Below the pieces are notes generated by a model, which saw only the letters and a list, made by a program, of their open reading frames with translations, did not search any database and had not been told where the DNA came from. A stretch of 64,000 bases of DNA from an uncultured bacterium. GTDB lineage: Bacteria > JAGOEH01. A program made the position numbers and the translations under genes. The stretch lies in the NCBI GenBank assembly GCA_964632485.1, contig CAZWDO010000006.1, forward strand, positions 124,001-188,000. The letters run 5' to 3'. Below are positions 1-9,643 of the stretch, one piece after another. Within the stretch, counting starts at the first letter, position 1. Each line of letters begins with the position of its first letter.

Positions 1-2
1 AA

Positions 3-1370
3 TGGTATCGCATAAAAAATAAGTTTGATGAGGAATCAAAAAGTAAGCGAAATGATCTTCAGCAAATTGAGAAAAAATTGTCCCAGCGGGAAGCGAATCT
101 CGACCGCAAAGCTGATATCATGAGTAAAAAGGAAGATGAATTCGAAAACCGTAACCGACGCAATGAAGCCAAAGAAAAAGAATTAGAGGAACGCGGGAAA
201 AGCATTCAAAAAATTATCGATGAAGAAAATAAAAAGTTGGAGCAGTTGTCCGGGTTGACTTCCGAGGAAGCAAAAAAGCTGCTTTTGAAGAATCTGGAGA
301 ATTCGGTACGCCACGAAGCGGCCCAACTGGCCAAGGAAATACGTGATAATGTGTTACGGAATGCTGAAAAGGAAGCGCGCGAAATCATTACTTCTTCAAT
401 TCAACGCTGCGCCGCTGACTATACCGTTGAAACCACCGTTTCTGTTGTGTCGTTACCAAACGATGAGATGAAAGGGCGGATTATAGGGCGAGAGGGTCGT
501 AATATCCGTTCTTTTGAAAATGCTACCGGTGTCGATGTTATTGTCGATGATACTCCGGAAGCGATTATTCTTTCCGGGTTCAATCCCATGAACCGTGAAA
601 TTGCCCGTATCTCAATGGAACGTTTAGTCGTCGATGGTCGTATCCATCCCGGCCGGATCGAAGAGGTCGTTGAAAAAGTGCAAAAAGAAGTGGAACAGGG
701 AATGATCGAAGAAGCAGAAAAAGTTCTTTTCGACCTGGGAATCCACGATGTTCACCCAGAGTTGATCAAATTATTGGGTAAACTTAAGTTTCGTACTTCG
801 TATGGCCAAAATGTCTTGAAGCATTCATTCGAAGTTGCTTTATTGTGCGGTTTAATGGCAGCGGAGTTGAAACTGGACGGACATTTGGCGCGACGAGCCG
901 GATTGCTGCATGATCTTGGTAAAGCAGTCGACCAGACAATTGAAGGTACACATACCGAAATTGGTTATGAGATTGCTAAAAAATATAATGAAAATGAAAT
1001 TGTACTCAATGCCATTATGGGACATCATGAAGATGTTGAGGCCATAAGCCCGATTACCATACTGGTTCAGGCTGCCGATGCCATTTCCGGCGCGCGTCCC
1101 GGAGCGCGTCGGGAAAGTCTGGAACATTATGTCAAACGGTTGGAGACACTGGAACGTCTTGCAGATTCTTTTGCAGGTGTTGAAAAAACGTACGCGATTC
1201 AAGCCGGACGCGAAGTTCGTGTTATTGTTGAACCTACTGAGATTGATGATATCGGTTCACATCAGTTGGCATCTCAAATTGCCAACAAGATCAAGGAAGA
1301 AGTTGAATTCCCCGGACAAATCAAAGTAACGGTAATCCGTGAAACCCGGGCGGTGGAATATGCCAAATAA
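3..1370 (+). CDS. rny: Ribonuclease Y (5'-truncated by window edge)
   Basis: Frame is open from base 3. Coiled-coil N-terminus, KH domain ([13 protein letters not shown]), HD domain (GLLHDLGKA) and C-terminal [11 protein letters not shown]...[12 protein letters not shown]. Confidence 0.97.
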   Translation, partial: WYRIKNKFDEESKSKRNDLQQIEKKLSQREANLDRKADIMSKKEDEFENRNRRNEAKEKELEERGKSIQKIIDEENKKLEQLSGLTSEEAKKLLLKNLENSVRHEAAQLAKEIRDNVLRNAEKEAREIITSSIQRCAADYTVETTVSVVSLPNDEMKGRIIGREGRNIRSFENATGVDVIVDDTPEAIILSGFNPMNREIARISMERLVVDGRIHPGRIEEVVEKVQKEVEQGMIEEAEKVLFDLGIHDVHPELIKLLGKLKFRTSYGQNVLKHSFEVALLCGLMAAELKLDGHLARRAGLLHDLGKAVDQTIEGTHTEIGYEIAKKYNENEIVLNAIMGHHEDVEAISPITILVQAADAISGARPGARRESLEHYVKRLETLERLADSFAGVEKTYAIQAGREVRVIVEPTEIDDIGSHQLASQIANKIKEEVEFPGQIKVTVIRETRAVEYAK

Positions 1371-2151
1371 CATTACGATCCTTTTTATCGCCGATATTGT
1401 TGGCCGCGTCGGACGACGGCTGGTATCGGAAAAGGTTGAGTATCTGCGGAAAAAATTTGAAATTGATTTTATCATAGCTAATGGCGAAAATGCTGCAGGA
1501 GGCATCGGATTGACCAGTGACATTGCCTTTCAGCTTTTTCAAAATGGTGTGGATGTCATAACATCAGGAAATCATATTTGGGAGAAAAAAGAAATATATC
1601 CTTCTCTCGACCGTGAAAAGAGAATTTTACGTCCGCTGAATTACCCCGAACAGACGATTGGGCACGGATTTTGCGTTATGGAACGTGAAGGCGCCTCAAT
1701 TGCTGTCGTTAATTTGGAAGGCCGGCATTTCATGCGGCCCGTTGACTGTCCTTTCCAGGCGCTTAATCGGCTTATTTCATCATTAAAAAAGCAAACCAAC
1801 TGCGTAATTGTTGATTTTCATGCTGAATCAACCGCCGAAAAACAAGCCCTGGCGAATTATTTTGACGGCCGCGTTTCTGCTGTGCTGGGTACCCACACTC
1901 ATGTGCAAACCGCCGATGAACAGATACTTCCCGGAGGTACTGCATATATTACCGATGTCGGGATGACCGGCGCTTATCGTTCAATCATCGGATTCGATAT
2001 CCCTTCCAGTGTCTCCCGCTTTGTTTCAATGATGCCTGTAAAGCTAAATCCCGCTAAAGAAGACCCCCGTTTACAGGGCGTGATTCTTTCGATTGACCCT
2101 CAAACTGGGAAAGGTGTTCGAATCCAGCGTCTATCTTTGATTAAGGAATAA
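1360..2151 (+). CDS. ymdB: YmdB-like (TIGR00282) metallophosphoesterase
   Basis: [36 protein letters not shown] and TDVGMTG motifs; usual position after rny. ATG at 1360 overlaps the rny end. Confidence 0.93.
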   Translation: MPNNITILFIADIVGRVGRRLVSEKVEYLRKKFEIDFIIANGENAAGGIGLTSDIAFQLFQNGVDVITSGNHIWEKKEIYPSLDREKRILRPLNYPEQTIGHGFCVMEREGASIAVVNLEGRHFMRPVDCPFQALNRLISSLKKQTNCVIVDFHAESTAEKQALANYFDGRVSAVLGTHTHVQTADEQILPGGTAYITDVGMTGAYRSIIGFDIPSSVSRFVSMMPVKLNPAKEDPRLQGVILSIDPQTGKGVRIQRLSLIKE

Positions 2152-2154
2152 CTG

Positions 2155-3090
2155 ATGTTATCTCATATAAATGATTTTAATCACTCGTTGAATGAACTGC
2201 GGGGTGAGTTGTCTCTGACTGATAAAATTATAGATGGACGGCGAATTGCGGATGAGATTAAAACACTCATTAAAAAAACGATTGCAGATTTAAATATTCA
2301 ACCGCGTTTGGCGGTAGTTAATACACAAATTGATCCGGCATCTAATTATTATGTTCAATCCCAAAAGAAACAATTTGCCGCTTTGGGAATGGCCGTTGAA
2401 GAAGTTATAATCGATCCACTGAGTCCGGTGGAAAATTTTATCGAAATGATTACTCAATTGAATCAACGGCGGGAAATTCATGGTATTCAAGCGCAATTGC
2501 CGCTACCGAAAAAGCTTCCAGCTCAAAAAATTCTTAATCATATTGCGCCGCAGAAGGATGTGGATTGTCAGGCTTCATTGTCTTTGGGACATGTCATGAT
2601 TGGCGGCGATGAGCCGGTCTTTTATCCGAATACGGCCTATGCGGTCCAATTCATAATTCAATATTACCGCTTGCAAATCCATCAGTGGCAGACGGTGATT
2701 TTGAATCGCAGTTTGGTGGTTGGTAAACCCTTAGCAATGATGTTGTTGGAAAAATCGCCGGAATTAAATGCGACATTAACGGTTTGTCATTCTCAGACAA
2801 AAGATTTGCCAACTTTATTGCAGCGGGCGGATTTAATTATCATTGCTATTGGCCGGGCGCGCTATTTGCCCGCCGAATGGGTCAAACCGGGGGGTTGCGT
2901 GATTGATGTTGGAATCAACAGCATTGTCGAAAATGGTAAAACCCGAATCGTAGGTGACGCTGATTTTGATGCTATACTGCCAAAGGCCGCTGCTATCACT
3001 CCTGTTCCTGGGGGTGTTGGCAGTGTGACGACTGCCTTACTGATGAGTCAAACTCTTAAAGCGGCGCTACTTCAGGAAGGTTCTCGTTAA
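2155..3090 (+). CDS. folD: Methylenetetrahydrofolate dehydrogenase/cyclohydrolase family (atypical)
   Basis: IIDG, QLPLP, KDVD, VGKPLA, TVCHS, VIDVGIN and ITPVPGGVG motifs. The true start may be TTG at 2209 after GGGGTGAG. Confidence 0.92.
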   Translation: MLSHINDFNHSLNELRGELSLTDKIIDGRRIADEIKTLIKKTIADLNIQPRLAVVNTQIDPASNYYVQSQKKQFAALGMAVEEVIIDPLSPVENFIEMITQLNQRREIHGIQAQLPLPKKLPAQKILNHIAPQKDVDCQASLSLGHVMIGGDEPVFYPNTAYAVQFIIQYYRLQIHQWQTVILNRSLVVGKPLAMMLLEKSPELNATLTVCHSQTKDLPTLLQRADLIIIAIGRARYLPAEWVKPGGCVIDVGINSIVENGKTRIVGDADFDAILPKAAAITPVPGGVGSVTTALLMSQTLKAALLQEGSR

Positions 3091-3091
3091 A

Positions 3092-4336
3092 ATGACGGTA
3101 CAAACTCCGGAAGTGATTACCGTTTCTGTTCTGACTAATCAGATAAAACGTTATCTGGAAGAGCAGTTTCCCTTTGTTTTTGTGATCGGTGAAGTCTCCA
3201 ATTTAAAGTTTCAACAATCAGGCCATATCTATTTTACATTAAAGGACGAACAAAGTCAGATCAATTGTGCGATCTGGCGTTCCAGGGTATCTGAACTGAC
3301 GGCTAATCCGGAGAATGGGAAAAAATATATTGTCAGTGGATCGCTGAGCGTCTATGAAAAAAGCGGTTCTTATATGATTTCTATAGTGAATTTGCAGCCA
3401 TTGGGTATAGGGGAATTGCAGCTTGCTTTTGAAAAAATGAAACAAAAGCTACAAGGTGAAGGATTATTTGATGCGGCATATAAGAAAAAATTGCCTGTTT
3501 ATCCGCAGCGAATTGGTGTAGTAACCTCGCCGACGGGAGCGGCATTGAGAGATATTATCCAGATATTGCGGCGGAGGGCGCCGTCTGTCGAAATTATTCT
3601 CCGTCCAGCCAAAGTCCAGGGTGAGGGTTCGGCTGAGGATATCGCCTGTGGCATCCGGGATTTAAATGATTGGGGACAGGTCGATTTACTAATAGTCGGG
3701 CGGGGAGGGGGGTCCCTTGAAGATCTTTGGGCTTTCAATGAAGAAGTGGTCGCGCGCGCTATCTTTTCTTCTCGGATTCCCGTTATTTCGGCCGTCGGTC
3801 ATGAGACTGATTTTACGATCGCTGATTTTGTTGCTGATCTTCGCGCTCCTACTCCGTCTGCAGCGGCTGAAATTGCTGTTAAGGATTTTTTGGAACTTCG
3901 AAAAAATCTGTTAAAGGACCGGGATCGGTTGATTCGGTCTTTAATCCAGCATTTTAAATTTCCCCGCGATCAGTTCCGGCATTTGAAACGGCGGATCAAT
4001 TTAAGGTCGCCTATGGATATGGTTCATCAACACAACCAAACGGTAGATGATTTGATCCACCGATTACGCGTTCAAATTAGGCGCTCCCTTGATCGGCAAA
4101 AGCAACAACTGGATATGCTAACCCGCCATTTTCAATCGCTGGACCCTTATGAAATTCTTAGAAGGGGTTATAGTATTACCCGATTGAAAGAAAATCAGCA
4201 TGTTATTACTTCGGCTGATGATGTAACGAATAAAAGTGTCATTGAAACGATTCTTTATAAGGGCAAGCTTGAAAGCCAGGTAACGGACATTACTTTTCCG
4301 GGTAATGAAGTCTCCGCTAAAAGCGAACATGATTAA
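3092..4336 (+). CDS. xseA: Exodeoxyribonuclease VII large subunit
   Basis: GEVSN, SGHIYFTLKD, IGVVTSPTGAA, RGGGSLEDLWAFNEE and SAVGHETD...RAPTPSAAAE motifs. Confidence 0.97.
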   Translation: MTVQTPEVITVSVLTNQIKRYLEEQFPFVFVIGEVSNLKFQQSGHIYFTLKDEQSQINCAIWRSRVSELTANPENGKKYIVSGSLSVYEKSGSYMISIVNLQPLGIGELQLAFEKMKQKLQGEGLFDAAYKKKLPVYPQRIGVVTSPTGAALRDIIQILRRRAPSVEIILRPAKVQGEGSAEDIACGIRDLNDWGQVDLLIVGRGGGSLEDLWAFNEEVVARAIFSSRIPVISAVGHETDFTIADFVADLRAPTPSAAAEIAVKDFLELRKNLLKDRDRLIRSLIQHFKFPRDQFRHLKRRINLRSPMDMVHQHNQTVDDLIHRLRVQIRRSLDRQKQQLDMLTRHFQSLDPYEILRRGYSITRLKENQHVITSADDVTNKSVIETILYKGKLESQVTDITFPGNEVSAKSEHD

Positions 4337-4736
4337 ACTACAAGCGGTGTTTATAGTTGCCTTAGGCGGCGCTTGTGGCGCGATATTACGCTATGGCTTG
4401 AGCTTGCTAACCCGATCCTGGTCAGATTGGTTGCCTTGGGGAACTCTTTTATCCAATGCCGGTGGTTGCTTGCTGCTTGGAATAGTCACAGCGCTTGCCT
4501 TGGAATGGTCGATCCTGCCGGGTCCGTGGTTTCTCTTTCTGGCGACGGGTTTGTGCGGAGGATTTACAACGATGTCCACCTTCATTTTCGAACTGGTTGG
4601 AGCCCTTAAAGAAGGACAATTCGGTTTTGTGTTTGTCTATGCAGTCGGGGGATTTGTTCTTAACCTCTTTTTTTTTATGGCAGGTCACAAATTTGTTCAA
4701 ATTTGGTTTTCTCGGGGGTTTGAATGCAGTCGGTAA
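4329..4736 (+). CDS. crcB: Fluoride efflux channel CrcB/FluC
   Basis: GGACGAILRY, PWGTLLSN and TGLCGGFTTMSTF signature; four hydrophobic segments. Confidence 0.93.
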   Translation: MIKLQAVFIVALGGACGAILRYGLSLLTRSWSDWLPWGTLLSNAGGCLLLGIVTALALEWSILPGPWFLFLATGLCGGFTTMSTFIFELVGALKEGQFGFVFVYAVGGFVLNLFFFMAGHKFVQIWFSRGFECSR

Positions 4737-5074
4737 AGAATGCTCTATCCTTGCGAATATTCATCAATGAACAGGATGCCTGGCGCCATCGGCCTTTGTA
4801 TCGGGTCATTGTCGAAAGCGCGCATGACGCCCAATTAGCCGGCGCTACTGCTTGGCAAGGGTTGTTATCTTTTGGTTCCGGCGCTCATCTCCATTCCGCC
4901 CGCTTACTTGATTTTGCGGCAGATCTCCCCATTATTATCGAAATTATCGATGAAGAGGATGAAATTAATCAATTTATACCGGTTCTTGACCGGCTTTTTG
5001 ACGAATCGGGGTGCGGCGGCACTATCATTTGTGAAGAAATTGCGATGCGCCACTTCCCGCATAAAAAACATTAA
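4724..5074 (+). CDS. DUF190 (PII-like) protein
   Basis: LRIFINE..PLY..IV...LAGAT...G..SFG...DLPIIIEIID pattern; typical partner of crcB. Confidence 0.88.
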   Translation: MQSVKNALSLRIFINEQDAWRHRPLYRVIVESAHDAQLAGATAWQGLLSFGSGAHLHSARLLDFAADLPIIIEIIDEEDEINQFIPVLDRLFDESGCGGTIICEEIAMRHFPHKKH

Positions 5075-5107
5075 GGCTTCCCTCAAGAGTAACTCTTTAG
5101 AAATCCC

Positions 5108-6220
5108 TTACAATTTAATGAAAATTTTTCGGTTGTACATCCAACGCAAAATAAAGAACCAAAAGGTGATAAACAAAATGGGGAAGAGGACTGAAGCGCC
5201 ATAATTACCTAATACGGGTACAAATAAATAATGATAGATATAGCTTTTTAAATCCAGGCTCAATCCATTGACGGAGATCAATTTCCATGCTGATAGATTT
5301 CGCGCTATAAAGGAAGAACCCCAAAAGGCAAATATGGCATTACTGCCAAAAATAATAAAAAACTCAGTAGTATGGCGATATCCCTTCATATCAATCAGCC
5401 AGAAGCAAATCGCCAGGAAATGTAATGCGATACCTACCGTATAGAGGACATAGCTGCTGGTCCAGAGTTGCTTATTGATAGGCATCCAGTAGGACCAGAA
5501 CATGCCTAATACTAAAAATGCGTTGGCAGCGACAAACATTCCAATCACTCGAGTGGTTTTTTCATAGTTCGAACGGAGCCAGCTACCTGTAAAAAATCCG
5601 AGCAATACCTGAGCGATAGCAGGTATAGTGCTGATCAGACCCTCAGGGTCAAAATTGGGTTTCCACATATGGTTTTTTAGTAACAAGCTATCAATATGTT
5701 GGGCAAAATTTGAACCCAGAGCCCAGTGATCACTTCCGGAACTCGGGAACGGTATAAGCGTCATGATTGCCCAATAACCGAAAAGCAAAATAAGGGCGCT
5801 GATGATTTGCCAGGTCCGATTAAAATGCAAAATGATTAGCGAGGCAAAAAAATAGCAGACACCGATACGAGGTAGGACCCCCGGGATGCGCATCGTGGAA
5901 AAATTAAATTTGGGATATAAACTTAAAAGCCAACCCAAAACGATAAGTAAAACGGTTCGCTTGATAATCTGTATATATACTGGTTTTAGAGCATGGACGC
6001 CTTCCAGACGCTTGGAGAATGAGTAGGCCATGGCTACCCCCATAATGAACAGGAAAAATGGAAAAACCAAGTCAGTTGGCGTGCAACCATGCCAACTTGC
6101 ATGCCCAAGGGGTGGAAGGACATAGCTCCAGCTTCCCGGATTATTAACCATTATCATCAGTACGATTGTAAAACCGCGAAAAGCATCCAATGATATTAGC
6201 CGTTCGGAAGGTTTAACCAT
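5108..6220 (-). CDS. Heparan-alpha-glucosaminide N-acetyltransferase-like membrane acyltransferase (NagX/DUF5009-like)
   Basis: RLISLDAFRG, MIMVNNPG, HASWHGCTPTDLVFPFFLF, DPEG and PINKQLWTSSYV motifs; multi-pass membrane protein. Confidence 0.88.
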   Translation of the reverse strand: MVKPSERLISLDAFRGFTIVLMIMVNNPGSWSYVLPPLGHASWHGCTPTDLVFPFFLFIMGVAMAYSFSKRLEGVHALKPVYIQIIKRTVLLIVLGWLLSLYPKFNFSTMRIPGVLPRIGVCYFFASLIILHFNRTWQIISALILLFGYWAIMTLIPFPSSGSDHWALGSNFAQHIDSLLLKNHMWKPNFDPEGLISTIPAIAQVLLGFFTGSWLRSNYEKTTRVIGMFVAANAFLVLGMFWSYWMPINKQLWTSSYVLYTVGIALHFLAICFWLIDMKGYRHTTEFFIIFGSNAIFAFWGSSFIARNLSAWKLISVNGLSLDLKSYIYHYLFVPVLGNYGASVLFPILFITFWFFILRWMYNRKIFIKL

Positions 6221-6286
6221 TTGTTACTCCTTTGCGTTTATTGGGTTACGTAAGATTGAAACTGTTTTTAATTGCTATATCCGCCT

Positions 6287-7145
6287 CTAAATAAACTGGT
6301 AAGAAAATCCAATGCCAATAACTTCTTTCAATTGGCGTTTAGTTGAAATGTCCCGGTCATAAACCAGACGGACGTTCAGATTGAAGTTGATAAAGCGNNN
6401 NNNNNNNAATGATCACCGTGCTTAGTACCGAATCCCAATTGACATCAATTGTTTTAAAGCTGCTGAGAGTGGAAAAAAGCGCCAGTTTGGATTTGAGCAT
6501 TGTTGTGGATGAAACTTTCCAATCCAATTCAGAAACTGATTCGGCTCCAACTTCCGAACGGAACTTTTCAATTTTTTCGGTTTGGGGATCGTCGGCATAC
6601 GGAACCGGGTAATCAGAGGTAATGGTTTGTTTAAAGGCCAGCCCCAGTCTGGTTTTTAGCATTGGATACGGGATAAACCCTACTCCTATACTTTCTTGAA
6701 TGTAAGCCGGATCAAAAAAATTGGATATTTGTGTTTTCCCCGTGGGTTCATAATTATATCCCGGTCTCACTTGCGATTCTGCCTTCGCGGCGATATAGGG
6801 ATTAATATAAAGTTGTAATTTGTAACTAAAGACCGATTCAAATTTGAGTTCATCCGAGGCTTTTTTTTCAGGCTGGGAACCGCTCTTGCTGATACCATAA
6901 CTGATTTTGCCGTCATTAATCCAGGAATAGTTCAATTGATCATAAGAGAGCTTGCCATTCAAATTGATTTGCCAGGTCAGATTGTCTTCGCCGCCCTGAG
7001 ACCAGTTTTTAAACGCGCTTTGGGATATGTTAAATGTGGAAATAAGTTCTTTTTTCCAATGTTGAACAGTATCCGGCGGAGTTTCTCCATGCAGGAAACT
7101 ACTAAAAAACAAGCAGATGCTGAGGATTGCCAATATCAGTTTCAC
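6287..7145 (-). CDS. DUF3078-like outer-membrane beta-barrel protein (spans assembly gap)
   Basis: GTG at 7145, then a signal peptide and SQSAFKNWSQGGE. Past the N gap another frame continues RFINFNLNVRLVYDRDIS...GIGFSYQFI to a stop at 6287, a typical barrel C-terminus. Confidence 0.8.
6398..6407. other. Assembly gap (10 N)
   Basis: Run of 10 Ns. The true gap length must be a multiple of 3 (possibly 0) for the DUF3078 frame to be intact. Confidence 0.99.
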
Positions 7146-7147
7146 TC

Positions 7148-7606
7148 TTAGGCTCCTTCTGCATTTGGAGTAGTTGAACCGCAATACGCGCATCGTTTGG
7201 CTTTTAATGGGATAGTTGAGAGACATTCCGGGCACTCCCGGGTGGTAATCGCTGCGACCGGCGCAGGTTTTTTCAGACGATTCATGCCACGGACAACTAG
7301 GAACAGCGCCCAGGCCGTGATAAGAAATACTACAATGGCATTGATGAAAAGGCCGAAATTAAGAGTGATTGCCCCGGATTGTTGGGCTATTTCCAAAGTC
7401 GCGTAAGGGGGTGGAGTCGTACCTGCTTTGATAATGAGAAAAATATTCGTGAAATCCACTTTGCCCAAAAGTAAACCCAATGGCGGCATTAAAACATCAG
7501 CCACCAATGATTTTACAATAGTTCCAAAAGCAGCCCCGATCATTATACCAACAGCCATATCCACTACATTGCCCTTCATTGCAAATTCCTTGAATTCCTT
7601 CAGCAT
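7148..7606 (-). CDS. mscL: Large-conductance mechanosensitive channel with C-terminal zinc ribbon
   Basis: MLKEFKEFAMKGNVVDMAVGIMIGAAF N-terminus; C-terminal CPEC-x10-CAYC; AGGAG RBS. Confidence 0.96.
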   Translation of the reverse strand: MLKEFKEFAMKGNVVDMAVGIMIGAAFGTIVKSLVADVLMPPLGLLLGKVDFTNIFLIIKAGTTPPPYATLEIAQQSGAITLNFGLFINAIVVFLITAWALFLVVRGMNRLKKPAPVAAITTRECPECLSTIPLKAKRCAYCGSTTPNAEGA

Positions 7607-7674
7607 ACGATACTCCTTTCTGAATTAAACTCAGTTGATCGGCCTAACTTAACCATGAATTCGTTTGATAAAAT

Positions 7675-7703
7675 ATAATACATAGAATTAATAGAAATGT
7701 CAA
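7675..7703 (-). promoter_or_regulatory. Putative sigma-70 promoter for mscL
   Basis: TTGACA-N17-TATTAT on the minus strand. Confidence 0.6.
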
Positions 7704-7844
7704 TAGTTCTTTTTTCAGGAACTTTTTTTTAAATAGGAGAGTAGAATTTTAGTCTAATATTATGAAAGATCGTGATCAGATCGTATGTTATTATTTGTTT
7801 AGTCCCAGGAGAAAGGATACAGCTTGTCAAGTAAATTTGAAAAA

Positions 7845-9404
7845 ATGCTTTATGGGCGCTGGTACCTACTTTTTTTTTTAATGAGTATTCCGCCCCTGTC
7901 TTATGCTCAGGATACCAGCGACGTGGCGCCAATCAATATATTGCCATCGCCGGTTTCATACCGGACTCTTTATTTGCCATCGGTTTACGATTATCGACTC
8001 AGTCGTCGGTATTTGATCCAGGAAGCGAATAAGGGGGATGCCCAGGCCCAGCATGAATTGGGATTGCGTTATCTATTCGGCTTCGGATTTGATGCGGATA
8101 CGGCGCAAGGAGTTGCCTGGCTTAAAAAAGCTGCCGATGCTCGCTTGCCGATTGCCTTATATAATTATGGAATCATGTTGAATACTGGGATTGGAGTTGA
8201 GTGGAATCCCTTTGAAGCTTTTCGTTATTTCCAATTTGCGGCAGATAGTTTGCTGTCGCAGGCCCAATATGCCTTGGGGATTATCTACCGGGCGAATTTG
8301 ATTGTCCCTCGTCAGGAGAAAATTGCTATTTACTATTTGACTCAGGCAGCGCGCCAGGATTTCGAACCTGCCCATGCTGCTTTGGATGAATGGCGCAGAA
8401 AAGAACCGGGTCTTTTTATAAATTTTTCGTTAGATGATTCACAATCCGCTACTTCAATGATTGACACAGTATTTAATTCGCAGCCAGAAATTGCGTTAAT
8501 CGATGGGGGATTTGAGTGGGATTTTATTGAATTTAATGCGGATTCGGGATTAGGTTATAATGAGCGCACGATTCTTGAACCCCTTTTTAATAAAAATGAA
8601 GATGAATTGGGACAAATTTTAGGCGCCAGGACCACTCTTGCCGCAAAAGACGAAGGAGATAGCGCTAAACTCGACATCATACTGCAAGTCGCCCGGGCAG
8701 GTAGCCCCGAAGCCTTGCTGATGATGGGTATGTTTCATCAGTATGGATATAAAGTTAAAAAGAATTTAATACATGCTGTTCATTACTACTTGCGGGCCTG
8801 GCGGTTGGGTTCCTTCAAGGCTTGGGAGTTTCTAAATCAGATGAGCCAGGATTCTAATCTTGTTCCTGCGCTGGATCAGGCCATTCGACGAAAAAATCCG
8901 GAGGCGATGTTCGACCGGGCAGGGATGACGGCTATTGGACTGGATATGAGTTTATCATCGGCGCAAGCTTGGAGTTTGCTGATTACCGCTGCCGATCAGA
9001 AATTTATCAGCGCTGTTTTGGAAGCCGGTATCTGTTTCTACTCGGGAATCCTGGTCGATAAAGATCGACAACGGGCGCTTGAATATTGGAATTTGGCCTC
9101 TGAATTAGGAGATAGCGAAGGCGATGTCCGCATCGACATGGCGACTTTAAGCGACACTCTTTTCCAGGGAAACAAGCAATCTTCCCTGAGTCGCTTAAAT
9201 CAAGCTGTCGAAAACGGATCTGTTTTAGCTCAATTAGCTTTAGGTGATTGTTATAAGCATGGCTGGGGCGTTAAACGTAATTGGGGCCAAGCCGCTGCTT
9301 GGTACCAACAAGCCGGGATGAGGGGAAATATGGCAGCTTTCCAGTCGTATAAAAATATGCTGGATTCACTCCGACCTCCTTATTCAGAATTTCAAATTCG
9401 TTAG
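7845..9404 (+). CDS. Secreted Sel1-repeat protein
   Basis: Signal-peptide-like N-terminus; repeats such as AQHELGLRYLFGFG, ALYNYGIMLNTGIGV, AQYALGIIY and AQLALGDCYKHGWGV. Start position uncertain (7824 or 7845). Confidence 0.85.
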   Translation: MLYGRWYLLFFLMSIPPLSYAQDTSDVAPINILPSPVSYRTLYLPSVYDYRLSRRYLIQEANKGDAQAQHELGLRYLFGFGFDADTAQGVAWLKKAADARLPIALYNYGIMLNTGIGVEWNPFEAFRYFQFAADSLLSQAQYALGIIYRANLIVPRQEKIAIYYLTQAARQDFEPAHAALDEWRRKEPGLFINFSLDDSQSATSMIDTVFNSQPEIALIDGGFEWDFIEFNADSGLGYNERTILEPLFNKNEDELGQILGARTTLAAKDEGDSAKLDIILQVARAGSPEALLMMGMFHQYGYKVKKNLIHAVHYYLRAWRLGSFKAWEFLNQMSQDSNLVPALDQAIRRKNPEAMFDRAGMTAIGLDMSLSSAQAWSLLITAADQKFISAVLEAGICFYSGILVDKDRQRALEYWNLASELGDSEGDVRIDMATLSDTLFQGNKQSSLSRLNQAVENGSVLAQLALGDCYKHGWGVKRNWGQAAAWYQQAGMRGNMAAFQSYKNMLDSLRPPYSEFQIR

Positions 9405-9537
9405 CATAGCAATTCCTGATACGCTTTGATTTCTGAAGCCAGTAATTGAAACTGCTTCATTCCTTTTCAAATTGCTATGTAAGATATTTTTACATGGCAT
9501 GTTTCTTTAAATAAATAAAACTATTTATTTTCAATAC

Positions 9538-9565
9538 TTGACAATTTGTTTTTTTCGCTTATATT
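9538..9565 (+). promoter_or_regulatory. Putative sigma-70 promoter
   Basis: TTGACA-N16-TATATT upstream of the TPR/cold-shock-domain gene. Confidence 0.55.
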
Positions 9566-9643
9566 GTTTTAAATGATTTGCCGATTTATTGAATGTATCC
9601 TTTTTTGGATGCGAACCTTTGATTTTAGAAAGGGAGTGGTTAT

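Noticed and set aside
4300-4342. Fluoride-riboswitch-like GGTAATGAAGTCTCC...ATGATTAAACTAC just before crcB
   Set aside because: P1 is imperfect, the GCTGATG element and complementary pseudoknot strand are missing, and it lies within xseA coding sequence. A cmscan with the crcB model would settle it.
6357-6407. Apparent frameshift or truncation of the DUF3078 gene
   Set aside because: Caused by the 10-N placeholder; the proper C-terminus continues in another frame.
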